A DNA stretch of 64,000 nt, from assembly GCF_000143415.4 (NCBI RefSeq), contig NW_003314321.1, forward strand, positions 878,236-942,235, given 5' to 3'. Each line of letters opens with the position of its first letter. Position 1 is the stretch's first letter. The DNA is from Selaginella moellendorffii (Eukaryota > Plantae > Lycopodiophyta). Under the pieces are notes generated by a model that did no database searches, was not told the DNA's origin, and saw nothing but the letters and a program-made list of their open reading frames with translations. The translations under genes and the position numbers were made by a program. Shown one piece after another: positions 33,816 to 47,487 of this stretch.

Positions 33816-35060
33816 ATGCCGCGGCAGTATTTGGCACCGCCATTCTTTACCAAAGGATCCTTCTACAGCGTCGTCATCCCGGCGGTGCTCAAGAACAAGC
33901 GATTCACTGGCCGGCGGCGCCGCGGGCAGGCCAAGGACAAGATGCCCAGTCGATACGCGGTCTTTAGCGGCGTGTCTCCGGCGGCCGAGGTAAGCGATAC
34001 TCTCGGTGTCTTTTCCAGAAGAATGCCGCTGGTACTGATTTCCTTCTCGTTTCTTAAGACTCATGGAAGCAAATCTCTGGAGAATTTGAGGAACAAGCGC
34101 ATGACTTTCAACAAAGTCGTCACCGATCACATTGATCATTTTTCCAAAGGTATCGTTTTGTCTTTCTTTTCTCTTCTTTGTGATTTTACTCGTTTCTTTC
34201 TTTCATCTTGACACTTTCCAGAGGAGAAATCGCCTGGGCTGTCACGGATTATGGGATCACTTCTCAAAGACGTTCGAGCTAAAGTATGAAACTGGTCTCT
34301 GAATTTCTAGTTTTCTGTTGTAAGACGGTACGTTTTCAGGTGAATGGACCTATGGAACTGAGGCGAACGGAGGTATGTAATCTCTCCTGTTATTTTTCTT
34401 TCTTGCTTGTCATTTTCGGCTGACTGGAGGATTCACGCAGGGCGTGCACTCAGACCTCCTCAAGTTTTTGCTCAACAGGAAACGAGAAGATGCGAGGAGG
34501 AAGATTCTCAACTCTTAGGAAAGTTCTCGTGGTTAAAGGTAGTCTGGCTTTACGCTTTGTGGCTTTATTAGTGTTTTTTTCTAAGTTTCCAGTCAAACTC
34601 AGCACCATGACAGAGATATTCTAGACGTGATCAGGAAAAAGAGCTCAATGATAAAGAGAAGTTCGTGCAGCGTCCTCGCACAGCAATCCAAGGTTTCAGG
34701 AATCCAGCAACTTGGCAGAGCAGATAACCGTCCAGCCAGTCGGGATCGCTGCTGGAGATTGGGAGGCACAGGCCTGGAACTATCAGCGAAGAGCGGACAT
34801 GGCTGATTGAACCCATAGAAGGATTGAACCCAAAGAAGACTGAAGATTTTGTTAATCAGTTAGTTTCTGTGAGGTCATTACCAAACTGGTGAATGCAACA
34901 AACTGCACCAATACTGGCCACATTTGGTTCACTGCATATTCTAGTTTTCTTGGGGTGAATTTGCAGCATCATGCCTTGTTGAAGAGATCCCTGACCTCCA
35001 TCAGCGCTTGGTGAAAACACCGGCCCAAACTAACGATGAAAACCCTCTTGGAAGATGAGT
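33816..35060 (+). other. Hypothetical multi-exon gene or pseudogene, head-to-head with the Abitram-like gene
   Basis: ATG 33816 and several ~55-70 nt GT-AG intron-like segments; in-frame stops appear in later exons; no family recognised. Confidence 0.35.
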
Positions 35061-36630
35061 AATTGACATGAAAGAAAGTATACAAGAATGTGTTAAACCT
35101 CATAGTATGGTAGAAATGGTGAGAGGTAATTGTTTAAAGTATTTGGCCTTCAATGAGATGGCAGTTTGTGCTCCAAGGAAAAAACAAAGGAAATGTTCTT
35201 TTAGAAGCAATCTCATACAAAGGAAGAAAGGTTTACTTGATTCCTTTTTTTGTAAGATTTCATTAAGCTTGCAGTTGCTTTGTTGTTTGAGAGAGGGAGC
35301 AAGAAACACTGACAAGTTCAAAAGGAATTTAAATCAGAGTCTAGAGTTTATGGTATTTGGCCTTTGGGCAATGGTTTAATTGGGAGAGAGGAGGGTAGTC
35401 ACTATATATGGCAATGAAGAGCACACAACTCAGCAAAATGAAGAACTTGAATGCTTAATTTCAAGGGTGGACGAAGGCACTCCACAAGGCTTAGAGAATG
35501 GAACCAAGTGCTACAGAAGATGGTAAAACTGCCTTATGAAATATTATGGAATAAGGCACTTACATCATCAAGAAGTCTGGGAGGTCTTGTGTTGTTCTGC
35601 TTAACCTTTTTGAGGGGAGTAGCATACAAATCACAAGCCACCTCTGCACTGCCACATTTTCAACAATCTGCAAATAATGTACTTAAGAGGCATAGCAACA
35701 GATGGCAAGAAACTAAAAAGTATGATTTAGATGTAAAGGAATCATGAAGCATTTTAGCGGAATTCCCGAGTGATTGCAGGCTTGAGAGGTTGCTTGTGTT
35801 TTAAGATGGAATTGTGGGCACTTCAGTGGCTCGATGGTTATTTCAACGACAGGAGAACAAGAGCTACTTTCAGAGCTTAGCAGATAATTGAGCTTGGATG
35901 CGAGGTTCCGCTCAAATTCTTGCTCGCTGCTGGCCGAGAAAGAAGATGGTGATGAGTCACATCCAGCGATGGTAATACGAGGAAGATAGGCTGAGGGCCA
36001 AGCTTAGCTTAAGTGTACTTTTTATATAGTGATTCAAATTCTTTGCTCAGGGATGAAAATTAACATGACACTGCATGTGTGTGTGTTTGTCTGATTGAAC
36101 AATAAGAGAACAAAACTTAAACAGTACCTTAGACAAATAGAAAGAGTAATGCAATGTTTTGATTTCCTGTGTGTGCAAGAGCATAGACTCTCAAATGGTT
36201 TATAAGTTCACAAAGGGAAAATAATAATATAATACTGTGAATGTCTGACAGTGCTGCATTTCAAGAACATGTCCACCAAACTTGTTGCCATTAGCTCATA
36301 GCTTTTCTCATGTAGGTTAAACGAAGATTGTCGTACGCTTGGTGCTTTCAAAGCTCATTAAAGTCGCTCAGTGGCAGATCGCCAGTCTTGTCATTTGTTC
36401 TTCAATCGTCCACTGTATATGTATAAGATGTTCACTCTATTATTATTTCAATCTTTTTGTCAATGGCCTTTGTCCTAGCTAGAATAGGCGGCGAGATCTT
36501 CACTACATACGTCTCAAACCACTAGCACGATTACACATTGTTTTGTCCAGTTACTCTTAGCAGAGAATCACACTTTTCACAAATTTATCAATACAAGAAA
36601 AAGGAAAAAAGAAGAACACTCACTCAATCC

Positions 36631-38522
36631 ATGGATAGTAGCTTGGAACGAAGCGGGAGCGCCCGAATCGTTCCAGTTGCAGAAGAAGAAGCGATAGAGA
36701 TCGATGCCGACGAGAAGCGTCTCAACGAGCTGGGCTACAAGCAGGAATACCACCGAGTTATCAGTCCACTCCAGCAGTTTGCTTACACTTTCACTTACAC
36801 TGCGCCGCTGGGATTCGTCACGGGTTACTACGGCTACATGTACTGCTACGGTGGTCCGGTTGCCATCTTCTGGGGGATGATCGTCGCCACTCTCGCCAGC
36901 CTTTGCATCGTTCTCGCCATCGCCGAGGTCTACTCCATCTTTCCGGCGCTGGGGAGTGTTTACTACTGGGTGGCGCAGCTCATGCCTGATAAGAAAGCGC
37001 ACTGGCTGTCGTGGGGAGTCGGCTGGATCTACACTCTCGGAGCTGTGTGTGGAACCGCGCTAAACGAGTACCTTCTCGGGAAGTATGTCCAGTCGATGGT
37101 GCTTCTCAGTACTGGAGGAGCGCGGAAAGGAGGATTCACCCTGTCGAATTACCAGGCAAGTTGTCAAAAACCAAGAGTTATGGAAGATGAGAAAGTACCT
37201 CTGAATTTTTCTTAAGGTGGTGCTTGTCACGGCTGGATTTTTCGTGATCCATCTCGGAGTGTCGGTGGTAAGCTCGAAGTGGCTGGGATACTTGAGCTGC
37301 GTTGGAGCCTGGTTTCAGCTAGTCTCCACTCTCGTTGTCGCGGTGACGCTCATCAGCATAACTCCCAAGTTCCAGAGCTTCCAGTTCGTCTTTACGAAGT
37401 TTGTCAACGCTCCAGGCCAGGGGATCCACAGCAAGTCCATGGTGGTAGCGCTCGGCCTTCCTTACTTGCAGGTAGGATGATCCAGTTCTCTTCTTGAATC
37501 CGGCTAGAGTTCTTTCTTCTTTCTTCGCAGGCGATCCTCACGGGATTTGATGTGGGATCGCACATCGTCGAGGAAGTAAAAACTGCGGCAATCGCTGGGC
37601 CAAGAGCGATGGTGAGGAGCGTCTACGCCACAGCGGGAGTCGACCTGATGCTACTCTTGGTCATGACTTTCTGCATCGTAAATCCGGACGACCTTCTCTC
37701 GGAGAACACAGCAACCGGTAAAGTTATCGCAGCAACTTAAGTTTTCTCCTCCCAACTTTTCTTGAGCATGATCGCTTCTCTCCCGTGGTCTTCCAAGCTT
37801 TCCACAGGAGGAGGCAATGCATCCGGCGGCATCCAGCTCTTCTACGACTGCTTCCAAGCTCGATACAGCCACGGTACTCTGGGAGCAGTAATCTTCACAG
37901 GCCTAGCAGCGGGGTCACTGTTCTTCGCCAACATCATCAACGTCACGCTCACAGCAAGATGCGTAAGCTTTCTCCTCCACCACCATCGTCTTTTCCCTGT
38001 CCTGGACGTCCATCCTCTAGCAATCCAAGTGATCCATCTCTCCATCTATAGGTGTACGCCATGGCCAGAGACCTGGGACTTCCATTCCACGCCACTCTAA
38101 CCAAACTGACCGCTCGCGAGAAAATCCCTGTCAATGCCACCATCGCCACCGTGATCGCTGCCTTCGCCGCCACGCTCCCATCCCTGGGAAGCGAGGTAGC
38201 ATTCACGGCAATCGCCGCCATGTCCACAGTCACAGCCTTCATCCCCTACACGATCGTGTTGATTTGCAAGCACCTGGTGAGGAAGAGGGATCTTCCTCCG
38301 GGCCCCTTCTCGCTGCGCGGCTGGGGAGCATACCTGGGAGGCGTGGGAGCGATGTGGGGAATGGCGATCACGCTGCTCTTCTGCCTGCCGCCTACGCTGC
38401 CCATCCGGCTCGCGACCTTCAATTACACGGCGCTATCACTGGCGGGGACGCTCGTCGCGGGGATCGCCTACTGGATCGCGCACGGGAGGCACACGTACGC
38501 CGGCCCTCGCAGGACCATTTGA
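36631..38522 (+). CDS. Amino-acid/GABA permease, BAT1-like (APC family), 5 exons; first intron GC-AG (37156..37216)
   Basis: DEKRLNELGYKQE, YGGPVAIFWG, AEVYSIFPALGSVYYW, LLSTGG, HIVEE, RCVYAMARDLGLPF, PGPFSL, FCLPPTLPI..FNY. Confidence 0.92.
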
Positions 38523-38681
38523 GAAGAACATTCCCAAAAGAGAATATGCTATTAGGTCAATATATTCATTTTGTCAGCATGACCACGTGATTCTTTGACG
38601 AATTTTCAAACTTTATTGACCCACGTCCGTGCACGGCCAAAACTCCACCAATAATGCTTCAATTCAGCCAAGCTTTTGGAT

Positions 38682-40664
38682 ATGGCGCCCATGCTTTTGC
38701 TGTTTTTCCTCTGCGCATTAGTTCATTGCCTCCGGGCTGTAACAGAGGTTGAAGTTCTTCTCGATTTCAAGAAGAACATCATCAATGGAGCATCCCTTTT
38801 GCCCGATTGGAATGCCGAGAATTCGACCCTGTTCTGCAGCTGGAGAGGCGTATTATGTGACGAATCCGGTGCCTATGTCACGGCTCTAAAACTTCCTGGC
38901 ATGAACTTGACGGGCAGGATCACCAATCAGATCGGCCATCTTTCGTTCCTACTAGGCCTAGATCTCCATGAGAACAACTTCTTTGGTGAAATTCCTTCGA
39001 GCCTTGGGAACTGCTCGAAGCTCTTCTATGTGTCTCTTTATGCGAACCATCTGTCGGGTGCAATCCCCGCAAGCCTGGCGTTTTGCGACTCTGGCCCAAT
39101 CCGGCACCTGCTGCTGAGCGACAATTCTCTCGAGGGAAGTATCCCAAGTTCCTTCTGCAACACGTCTAGTATGGTCATCAGATTGAGCCTTCGCTCCAAC
39201 AAGATGAATGGCAGCTTGTCATGCAAGCCACAAATTATTCGTCACCTTGATCTTTCCCACAACAGATTCACTGGATCTATACCTAATAACTGGACCGTCC
39301 ACTATCTAGATCTATCATACAACTCTCTCTCAGGGACAATCCCGGCAAGATACTCTGATGCAGTGATTCTCGACCTCTCCAACAACATGCTCTCGGGAGA
39401 GATTCCAGCTCCAAACAACAACTGCTTCTGGCTGCAGATATTGGATCTCTCTTACAATCGTCTAACCGGTACGTTCCCAGAATCTCTTGGGACTTGTATG
39501 CACCTTCATATTCTCAATGTCAAGCGAAACCTCATGGCTGGAGAGATATCCTTGAACTTCAGCAGGCTCGGAAATCTTAACTCCCTTCAACTCTCTGGAA
39601 ACCAATTCAGCGGTCTTATCCCGAGAAGTCTCTATTCTTTCCCGGGCAGGCTCGACTCAATGGAAAGGTCACCTATTGACACAAAGTATGTCTACTGCAA
39701 CTCTGGTCTCTTGCTCCTGGATCTGAGTTATAATAACTTCTCTGGCACATTTCCAGAGATATTTTGCACCTGGGACTGCTTGAAAGTTCTCCTCCTCTCT
39801 TCCAACCAGCTGTCCGGAACGATACCAAAGTGTATAGGCAACATCAGCAATGCCAGGGTGATCGATCTGTCCAGCAACAAGTTCTCAGGGGAGCTCCCCA
39901 CCACATCGTTGATCAACCTGACGGCGTTCAGGTCAGTATCGAATTGGAGCATTGGATGGTACAGCTTTCTCAACCTTGGGCACAACTCTGGCACTGAAGC
40001 GGACGACTTCACCGCATATGATAAGCCTTTCGACTTCAATGTGAATGTCAAGGGGCGTCGATCCACGTACCAGAAGCTGAGCGATTCTTTCACCATGTTT
40101 GACGTCTCCAGCAACTTGCTTCGAGGGCACATCCCACCATTCGACCACCTCCAAGGTCTCATGCACTTGAATCTCTCCTTCAACAAGTTCGATGGGCAGA
40201 TCCCTCGGGAGCTATCCGGTCTCAAATCCCTCGAATCACTCGACTTGTCCAGCAATGCCTTGTCTGGAAGTATACCTCCAGCCCTCGGCGAGATCTCATC
40301 GTTGTCAAGCTTCAATATTTCCCATAACAACTTGAGTGGTCGAATTCCAAGTTCCGGAAACCTCAACACTCGGTTTGTGGAGGCGGCATTTGATGGTAAC
40401 CCTCTACTGTGCGGAGCACCACTGCCACCTTGTCACGTCCCAAGCTCAAATCTATCGCCCAGGAGCCCGGTTATCAATGTAAGTTCTTCATGGGACCAAA
40501 TCATCGCAGAGAACATTGCTTTCTACGCGGCAGTGGCCACTGGTTTTTCCATTTCACTGAGTTGTGTGCTCTTCACAAGGATTGGGGTGCTCCTGGAAAA
40601 CTCCATAACGTCAGTTCTGTACAAATCTCTTTCGATGCATCTTAGAAGATCGAGAGTGGTATGA
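38682..40664 (+). CDS. LRR receptor-like protein (signal peptide, LRRNT, LRRs with island, TM, no kinase)
   Basis: CSWRGVLC cap, LxxLDLSxNxLSGxIP repeats, island VNVKGRRSTYQK, FDGNPLLCGAPLPPC, TM and short cytoplasmic tail. Confidence 0.93.
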   Translation: MAPMLLLFFLCALVHCLRAVTEVEVLLDFKKNIINGASLLPDWNAENSTLFCSWRGVLCDESGAYVTALKLPGMNLTGRITNQIGHLSFLLGLDLHENNFFGEIPSSLGNCSKLFYVSLYANHLSGAIPASLAFCDSGPIRHLLLSDNSLEGSIPSSFCNTSSMVIRLSLRSNKMNGSLSCKPQIIRHLDLSHNRFTGSIPNNWTVHYLDLSYNSLSGTIPARYSDAVILDLSNNMLSGEIPAPNNNCFWLQILDLSYNRLTGTFPESLGTCMHLHILNVKRNLMAGEISLNFSRLGNLNSLQLSGNQFSGLIPRSLYSFPGRLDSMERSPIDTKYVYCNSGLLLLDLSYNNFSGTFPEIFCTWDCLKVLLLSSNQLSGTIPKCIGNISNARVIDLSSNKFSGELPTTSLINLTAFRSVSNWSIGWYSFLNLGHNSGTEADDFTAYDKPFDFNVNVKGRRSTYQKLSDSFTMFDVSSNLLRGHIPPFDHLQGLMHLNLSFNKFDGQIPRELSGLKSLESLDLSSNALSGSIPPALGEISSLSSFNISHNNLSGRIPSSGNLNTRFVEAAFDGNPLLCGAPLPPCHVPSSNLSPRSPVINVSSSWDQIIAENIAFYAAVATGFSISLSCVLFTRIGVLLENSITSVLYKSLSMHLRRSRVV

Positions 40665-40705
40665 GTTCCAAACTAAAGATGAAATGAAAGACGATGGTGT
40701 GATGA

Positions 40706-42071
40706 ATGAAGGCACTGGGAGAGCTAGTCACGGAATGCAAGAGCGTCGCTGAGGCACGAGGATTCCACCGCCACATTGTCTCCACCGACTTGACGAGCTG
40801 CGCTCATGGCGTCTACCTCTCCAACCTCCTCATCGACGCATTCGGGCGATGCTCCAGCGTCCAGGACTCCTGCATCGTCTTCCACTCCCTGCGACCGCGA
40901 AACTTCTTCTCCTGGCGATCGCTCCTCGCGGCCTGCCTCCACAACAGCCTCCTCGCCGAGGCGGCACAGATCCTTGCAAAGACGCCGCAGATGGACGTCG
41001 GCGGCGGCGCTTCGATGGTGGGAGCGCACGCGCAGAGCGGCGATCCCGACGCAGCCAAGGCGGCGTTCGATCGCATGCCCTGCCCGAATTGTATCACCTG
41101 GACGACTCTTCTCGGGATATGCCAGGAACGGGCATTTGGATCGAGCAAAGGTGATCTTCAACGCGATGCCAATGTGGCACTTGGGCTCCTCGAATTCGAT
41201 GCTGGGTGGGTTTTCGAGAGTCGGACTCGAGGCCGATGCCGAAGAAATCTCCTCCAAAATGCAAGAGCGCGATGTTTCTTCCTGGACTAGCATGTTTGTA
41301 GCATTTGCCCAGAATGGGCATATTGTAAAGGCGAGTTTTGTGTCCAACGTGATGCCGCTCTGGGACGCCGTTTGCTGGACGACAATGCTCGAGGCATACG
41401 GCGGCGGCTGCGTCGCGGAGGCCAAGAAACTCTTCGACGCGATGCGCGATCGCAGTGTCGTGTCGTGGACAATCTTGCAGGTTGGCTACGACCACGGGGG
41501 CGAGAGCATCGAAAACACGAAACTCTGGTTTGATCGCATGCCCTCTCGTGGACCACTCTCATCTTGACCAGAAAAGGAATCTCTTCCACAAGATGCTCTG
41601 CCACGACACCGCGTCCTGGAATTCCATGGTCAACACCTCCTGGAGCTCTTCCGTGGACGGGATAGATCCGGATGGAATATGCTTTATGGGCGTTCTCCTG
41701 GCGTGTAGCCATGGCGGGACTGTTTACGATGGACGCGAGTGTTTTGTGACAATGGTGGCGGACTATGGAGTTTGCCCTCACAGGGAGCACTATTGCGCGC
41801 TGGTTGATCTCCTGGGACGAGCTGGGCATTTGGGCGATGCGGAGGAGTGTGTATAGCATGCCGTTTGAGCCGGATGTTGTGGAGTGGATGGCTTTGCTTG
41901 GAGGGTGTAGGATCCACAATGATCTTGCGAGGGGGGCTCGCGCGGCGCAAGGAGTTCTGGCGCTGGATCCTGGGAACTCTGCTGCGTGCTCCCGATTTGT
42001 CTAGCAATTCATCGTCAGCCTCTAAAGTTGACGTGGATAACGAAACAAGAATGTGTGTTGCTGTTGGTTGA
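40706..42071 (+). pseudogene. PPR pseudogene: frameshifted, internally deleted copy of the intact PPR at 51509..53518
   Basis: Near-identical N-terminus MKALGELVTECKSVAEARGFHRH and C-terminus KVDVDNETRMCVAVG; frameshifts near 41110 and 41850; two large internal deletions (~41500, ~41650). Confidence 0.92.
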
Positions 42072-42669
42072 TTTGGGACTAATCCAAGCGAAGGTAGATT
42101 GGCATAAGAATGGAGAAACTTTGCCTGAATCAATCACAGCAGGCGGGTATGTGCTCGGCACTCCTTGCTTGGGATCTTTGTCAAGCAAATGCTGGCATGA
42201 AGTTTATTTGTTAGCAGTTAGCTGGGCTGTTTTTTCTGAAGGTGTTTGTTGCATCTATCGCCTTGAATTTATGATTGGAAGTGTGTATGTTGCTGCAACC
42301 ACCGGAACATTGGGTGCCTACGAGCTATTGCTTGCTTCATTATCCTTGTGGTTGTACTGTTGGAAATTCCAGAACAACAGAATTCAAGCATCATGCACAT
42401 GTGCTGTATTTCAGAACTTCGAACCTTTGTAAAGGGGACTACACAGGAGTCATAATAAAAAAGCTCAAATAAAAAATTGAATCCCTTACAAGTTGCTTCT
42501 CAGGTCAGTTTTGATGTTGTTACTGTTGCATTATGAACTTTAGTTAATATGCAGTAGTATCTAGAAAGTGAAGGGCTGTCTGTTGAAGGCAATCACAAAT
42601 TACAAATTATGTTTCTTGTTAAGCACTTGATTTGTTTATAACTGATAAGATCATATACTAATTAAACTA

Positions 42670-42844
42670 TGTGATTGCCAAGTATATGGCTACGATGCCG
42701 TATACTAATATTAGCGTAATGGGATTTTGGTAGCCGTCGGATTGGTTTCAATCCGGACCACTCACTACTATATATAAGCTAGGGTTTTTGGGTTAATTGA
42801 TATGCACATTTTTGTATTCCCTTTCCATATTCCATGCACTCACA
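42670..42844 (+). repeat. 5' LTR, family A
   Basis: tgtgattgcc...gcactcaca, immediately followed by the PBS. Confidence 0.93.
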
Positions 42845-42845
42845 T

Positions 42846-42861
42846 TGGTGGAGGTGAGGGG
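42846..42861 (+). other. Primer-binding site complementary to the tRNA-Ala 3' end
   Basis: TGGTGGAGGTGAGGGG versus the complement of ...CCCCGCA(C/U)CUCCACCA. Confidence 0.75.
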
Positions 42862-45800
42862 CACCTTTGATTGTCTCTGGGGAATGTTTGGATTTGGGAT
42901 TTTGATTTAGATCTAACTTTTGCATCGTCTAGATCTAGCTTTTTTCATTTCCTTTCTTTTGTTCTTTCCTTTCAGGATTTTGGTTTAGATCTAGTTTTTT
43001 GCATTGTCTAGATCTACCATTTCTTTCCAGCTTTTTGTCATTTCTTTTCTTTTGCTCTTTCTTTTTTGTTCATCTTCATGGCCAATCAGCAATCTCCTCC
43101 TTTGACTCTAGAGCAACAGTTGGTTCAATTGCTTGATGCTATGCGCTTGCAATTGAACAACCAAACTCAATTGATGGTGGCATTCACGGCACGTGGTCCA
43201 ACTCCTCCTGCTCTTGGTGCCAATCCTCATGTTCGGCCGGAGTTCTTTCGTGGGAATCTTGGGGATGATGTGTACCATTGGTTCGATCACTTCACAGTGA
43301 TTGCCACATATCATTCTTGGGATGATGCTCGACTTTTGCGTGAGTTTCCCACGTGTCTCCAAAGGACGGCGTTGCAGTGGTACAATGGATTGAGTGCGGC
43401 CACTCGTGGGGATTGGAGTGTTCTTCTGGACGTCTTCAAACGCGCCTTCGGACATGCTGACAATTGTGACGATGCCTTCCAACAATTGCATCGTCTTCAC
43501 CAAGGGCTATTTGAGTCGGTGATGCAATTTGGCGTTCGTTTCCGAAGTCTTTTGCTTCGTGCGGAGCCCAATATGTCAGAGTGGATCAAGTTAGAAATGT
43601 TGTGGCCAGCACTTCGTCAAGATCTTGTCGGCCTTGTGCATGCACTTGCTCCTACCACCCTTGACGATGCTCTTCGTTTGGCACAACGTTATGAGACGTT
43701 GCCTCTTCCACTTCTTGCTGCACGTCCTTCAGCTCCACTTCCTATGAGTGATGGTCATGTTCCAATGGAGGTTGATGCTGCTGCTACTCGAGTCCACGGA
43801 CAAGGGCGAGGACGTGGTCGTGGCCGTGATGTTCATTGTTGGGCGTGTGATGAAGTTGGTCATACTTATCGGTGTTGTCGACGCTTTCTGGATTGGCGAC
43901 CTCCATTTCCTGGATGGAGACCTTGCATCAGCAACGTCCCGTTGGTGCTGCTACGGTGGAAGGTTTGGACACCGAGGTGCATCCGGGAAATAAGGAGTCG
44001 CGCGAGTAACGGAGGGACCTTGCGTGAATAAGTTAGTGACCCCTCTATCTTTCTTTCAAGAGTATCATCAAGGGGTTCACTCGGCACCGGTTCATCCAGT
44101 GTTTACTTTCCAAGCTCGTTTTTATAATAAGAGGTCTTCTCTCCGTATTGTTTGATACAGTTTCGAGTTTATCTTCTATTGCTCGACTTGTTGCCACACG
44201 TTGTTGTCTACACTTGTGTCGTGCGGCGGATCCAGTTTTCATTCTTTATGGCAACGGCCATACACATGCATGTGCACGAGATGAGGCGGACCTAGTTGTG
44301 CGTGTGGGCGATCTCAAGCTTGAGTTGCAATTGTTGCGGGTGGTGCCGAGTCAAGCTTTTGACCTCATTTTTGGTATGGATTGGTTGTAGCACAATCATG
44401 CCAAGTGTGACTTTGAGGCTTCTCCCCCTTGTCTCATACTTCCTTATATTTCATCCATTCCTCTTACTTCTGTACCTCTTCGTCCCTCTACTTCTACCTC
44501 TGCTTCTATTACTTTTGTTTCCGCACTATTTCCTCCTATGTTTCCATCTTGTTTTGCTCTTCCTTTTTCCGATCCCTCCGAAGATCTTTGTGTTGCAGCT
44601 GTTGACCGGCTCATGAAGGAATGTTCTGATCTCTTTGAATTTGACCTATCGTCTGGGGCCAAGATTGCCACATGTCATCCGATTCCAACCGGGGATGCTC
44701 GTCCCATCAAGGTTCTGGTTCGTCGTCGGTCACCCAAGGAGATCAAGATTTTACATGCTAACGTCAAGGAGATGTTGGAGAAGGGTGTTATTCGAAAGTC
44801 GCGGAGTCCTTGGGCATGTGAACCTCATCTTATGATGAAGCCTGATGGGAGTATTCGTTTCTGCATCGACTATCGTCCGTTAAATGAAGTGACGATCCCA
44901 GATGTGTACCCTCTTCCTCATACGGCTGATCTTTTGGATCGTCTAGGGCGAAGTCGTTGGTTCACCAAGCTCAATCTTGCTTCTGGGTACTAGCAAGTAC
45001 CGATGGCTGAAGAAGATATTCCTAAGACTGCTTTTCGTACACCATTTGGTTTGTACGAGTTCTTGGTAATGCCGTTTGGTTTGAACAATGCTCCAGCAAC
45101 TTTCCAGCGGATGATGGACGAGGTTCTTTGTGATATACCAGAGGTGACTGCTGACTTCATTAATGATGTCTTGATTCACTCGGAGGGGACGTGGGAGGAG
45201 CAGATTCGCGATGTATGTAAAGTGTTGGATCGGCTACGGGACGTTGGTTTAAAGCTGAAGCGATCGAAGTGCATGTTTGGGTCCAAGGACATAACTTATT
45301 TTGGGTACTGTATTTCTCGTGAAGGTTTGCAAGTTGATCTTGACAAACTTATAGCCGTTCTGAAGTTCCCTACTCCGAAGTGTGTGAATGATGTGCAGTG
45401 CTTCCTGGGCAAGGTGCAATATCTTGGTCGTTTTATGGATCATCTTTCTGATCGCACTGCACCGTTGCAAGCGTTGCTGAAGTCATCAACGTTATCTTTC
45501 ATTTGGTCTTCAGATTGTGAGTAGGCGTTTGTGAATCTCAAAGAGCTGTTAACGACTCCTCCGGTTTTGGTATATCCTGACTACACTCGACTTTTTATTT
45601 TGCACGTAGATGCTTCTGATATTAGTCTTGGAGGTGTGTTGATGCAAGAAAGCTCGAGTGTGCCTGGTCAGCGTCATCCCATTGCATATATAAGCCGTAC
45701 GTTACAACCAGCAGAAGTGAACTACTCCATGACAGAGAAGGAGTGTTTAGCGGCAGTTTGGGGTTTCGAGAAACTTCATGCATATGTACATGGTTCTCGG

Positions 45801-47487
45801 ACATTACTTGAAGGTGACCATGCTGCCATTACTTCATTATTGAAGCGGAAGAACTTGGTTGGTCGTACTGTTCGGTGGGCTTTGAAGCTTCAGATATATA
45901 ATTTTAATGTTGTTCATCGCCCAGGGAGTTCTATGGCTGATGCTGATGCCCTTTCTCGAGCTCCTCTTCCTTCTCCGCTCTCTTCTCATGTTTCTGATAA
46001 GCCTGTTGTTCCAGCATCTGTGGATTTTCTAGACGAGGATTCTGTGCTATTGGCGGTTGCTGTACTTGACGTTTAGTGTCCACAAGGCACAGAGCAAGAT
46101 CTACTTTCTCTTGATGAGGTTCGTGAGGCTCAAAAGATTGAGCCGTGGATTCGAGGCTGTGAGATGCATTTGAGAATCCTGCATCACTTGCTGATGACTT
46201 GCCTTTTCGGCATTTACAATCTCAATATCGTCTTGAAGATGGCCTTCTTTATTTTGTGGGGACGGATCCTGATGATCCTTTACGGCTAGTGGTGCCTTCT
46301 ATCTTTATTCCGTAGTTTCTCCATGCCTACCATGATTCTCCTGTTCTAGGTGGGCATCTGGGACATCATCATGTGACCGAGAAGCTACGCAAGTCTTTCT
46401 ATTGGCCAGAGATGCGACGTGATGTTATCCGGTATGTGCGTAGCTGCGTTTGGTGCCAAGCTTGTAATACTCCCCCTTGTGCTGCGGAAGGACAGTTGGA
46501 GTCAATTGCAGTTTCCCGTCTGCAATTGAGTGATCTTATGGGACCTTTTCCATAGTCGATTGCTGGCAATGAGTATGTTATTATTGCTTCTGACTACTTG
46601 ACTCGTTGGGTGGAAGTTGGTGCTCTTGCTAGCGCCTCTGCAACTGCTATTAGATACTTCCTCCTCAATTGAGTGGTGTTCCAGCATTCTTGTCCAGAGC
46701 AGATTCTTTCGGATAATGGTCCTGCATTTATGGCTGAGGTATTTCATGTTTTGACGTCTCGGTTGGGGATATGCCACACTTTTATACGAGTGCTTATTAT
46801 CCACAATCAGACGGTCTAGTGGAACGGCTCGTTTGGACATTCAAAGGGATGATTGCGAAGTATGTGAACTTTCAGCATTCGGATTGGGATGGTTATTTAT
46901 CGTCTCTTCGGTATGCCTATGTCACAGGGGTGTAGAGTTCTATTGGTGCTTCACCATATAAACTTCTATATGGTCATGATCCAATATTACCAACGGAGCT
47001 GGGTTTACCTTCGCGATTGCCACGAACTCCTGATGCTAGGTCATGGGATCAATATTTGACAAGCATTCTTCCACTTGTCCGAGTAGAGTTTGCCGAACAC
47101 TTAGGCCGTACAAGTGGGACAACAACGGCGCTACAACTCCCATCATCATCCACCTGCAAAGTACAAAGTGGATGATTTGGTGTTAGTCCGTTTTCCCTAT
47201 CTTACGGTACGTGGTTTATCTAAGGGGCTCCTTGTGCAGTGGAAAGGACTGTATCAAGTGTTGCGGCAAGTTGGACCGCAAGTTTATGAGGTTCGGCATG
47301 ACGTCCAATAGGCCGATCCTCCGGAGATTGTGCATGTGTAGCGGTTGAAACGCTTCATACAAAGGGATCATAAGTAGTTAATACCATCTACAGATCCGCC
47401 GATGCCTCCTTCTGATATTCCTCCAGATCCCGGCCCATCTACAAGAGAACCCTGAAGGCCTTCTATTATTCTGAGAGGAGGGGATGA

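Noticed and set aside
35060-36050. Short ORFs with a weak LINE-like W..L....GGL motif
   Set aside because: No RT or endonuclease motifs recognisable; evidence too weak.
37156-37216. GC-AG intron in the BAT1-like gene as a novelty
   Set aside because: GC-AG is a well-known minor U2 intron class; it is recorded in the feature only.
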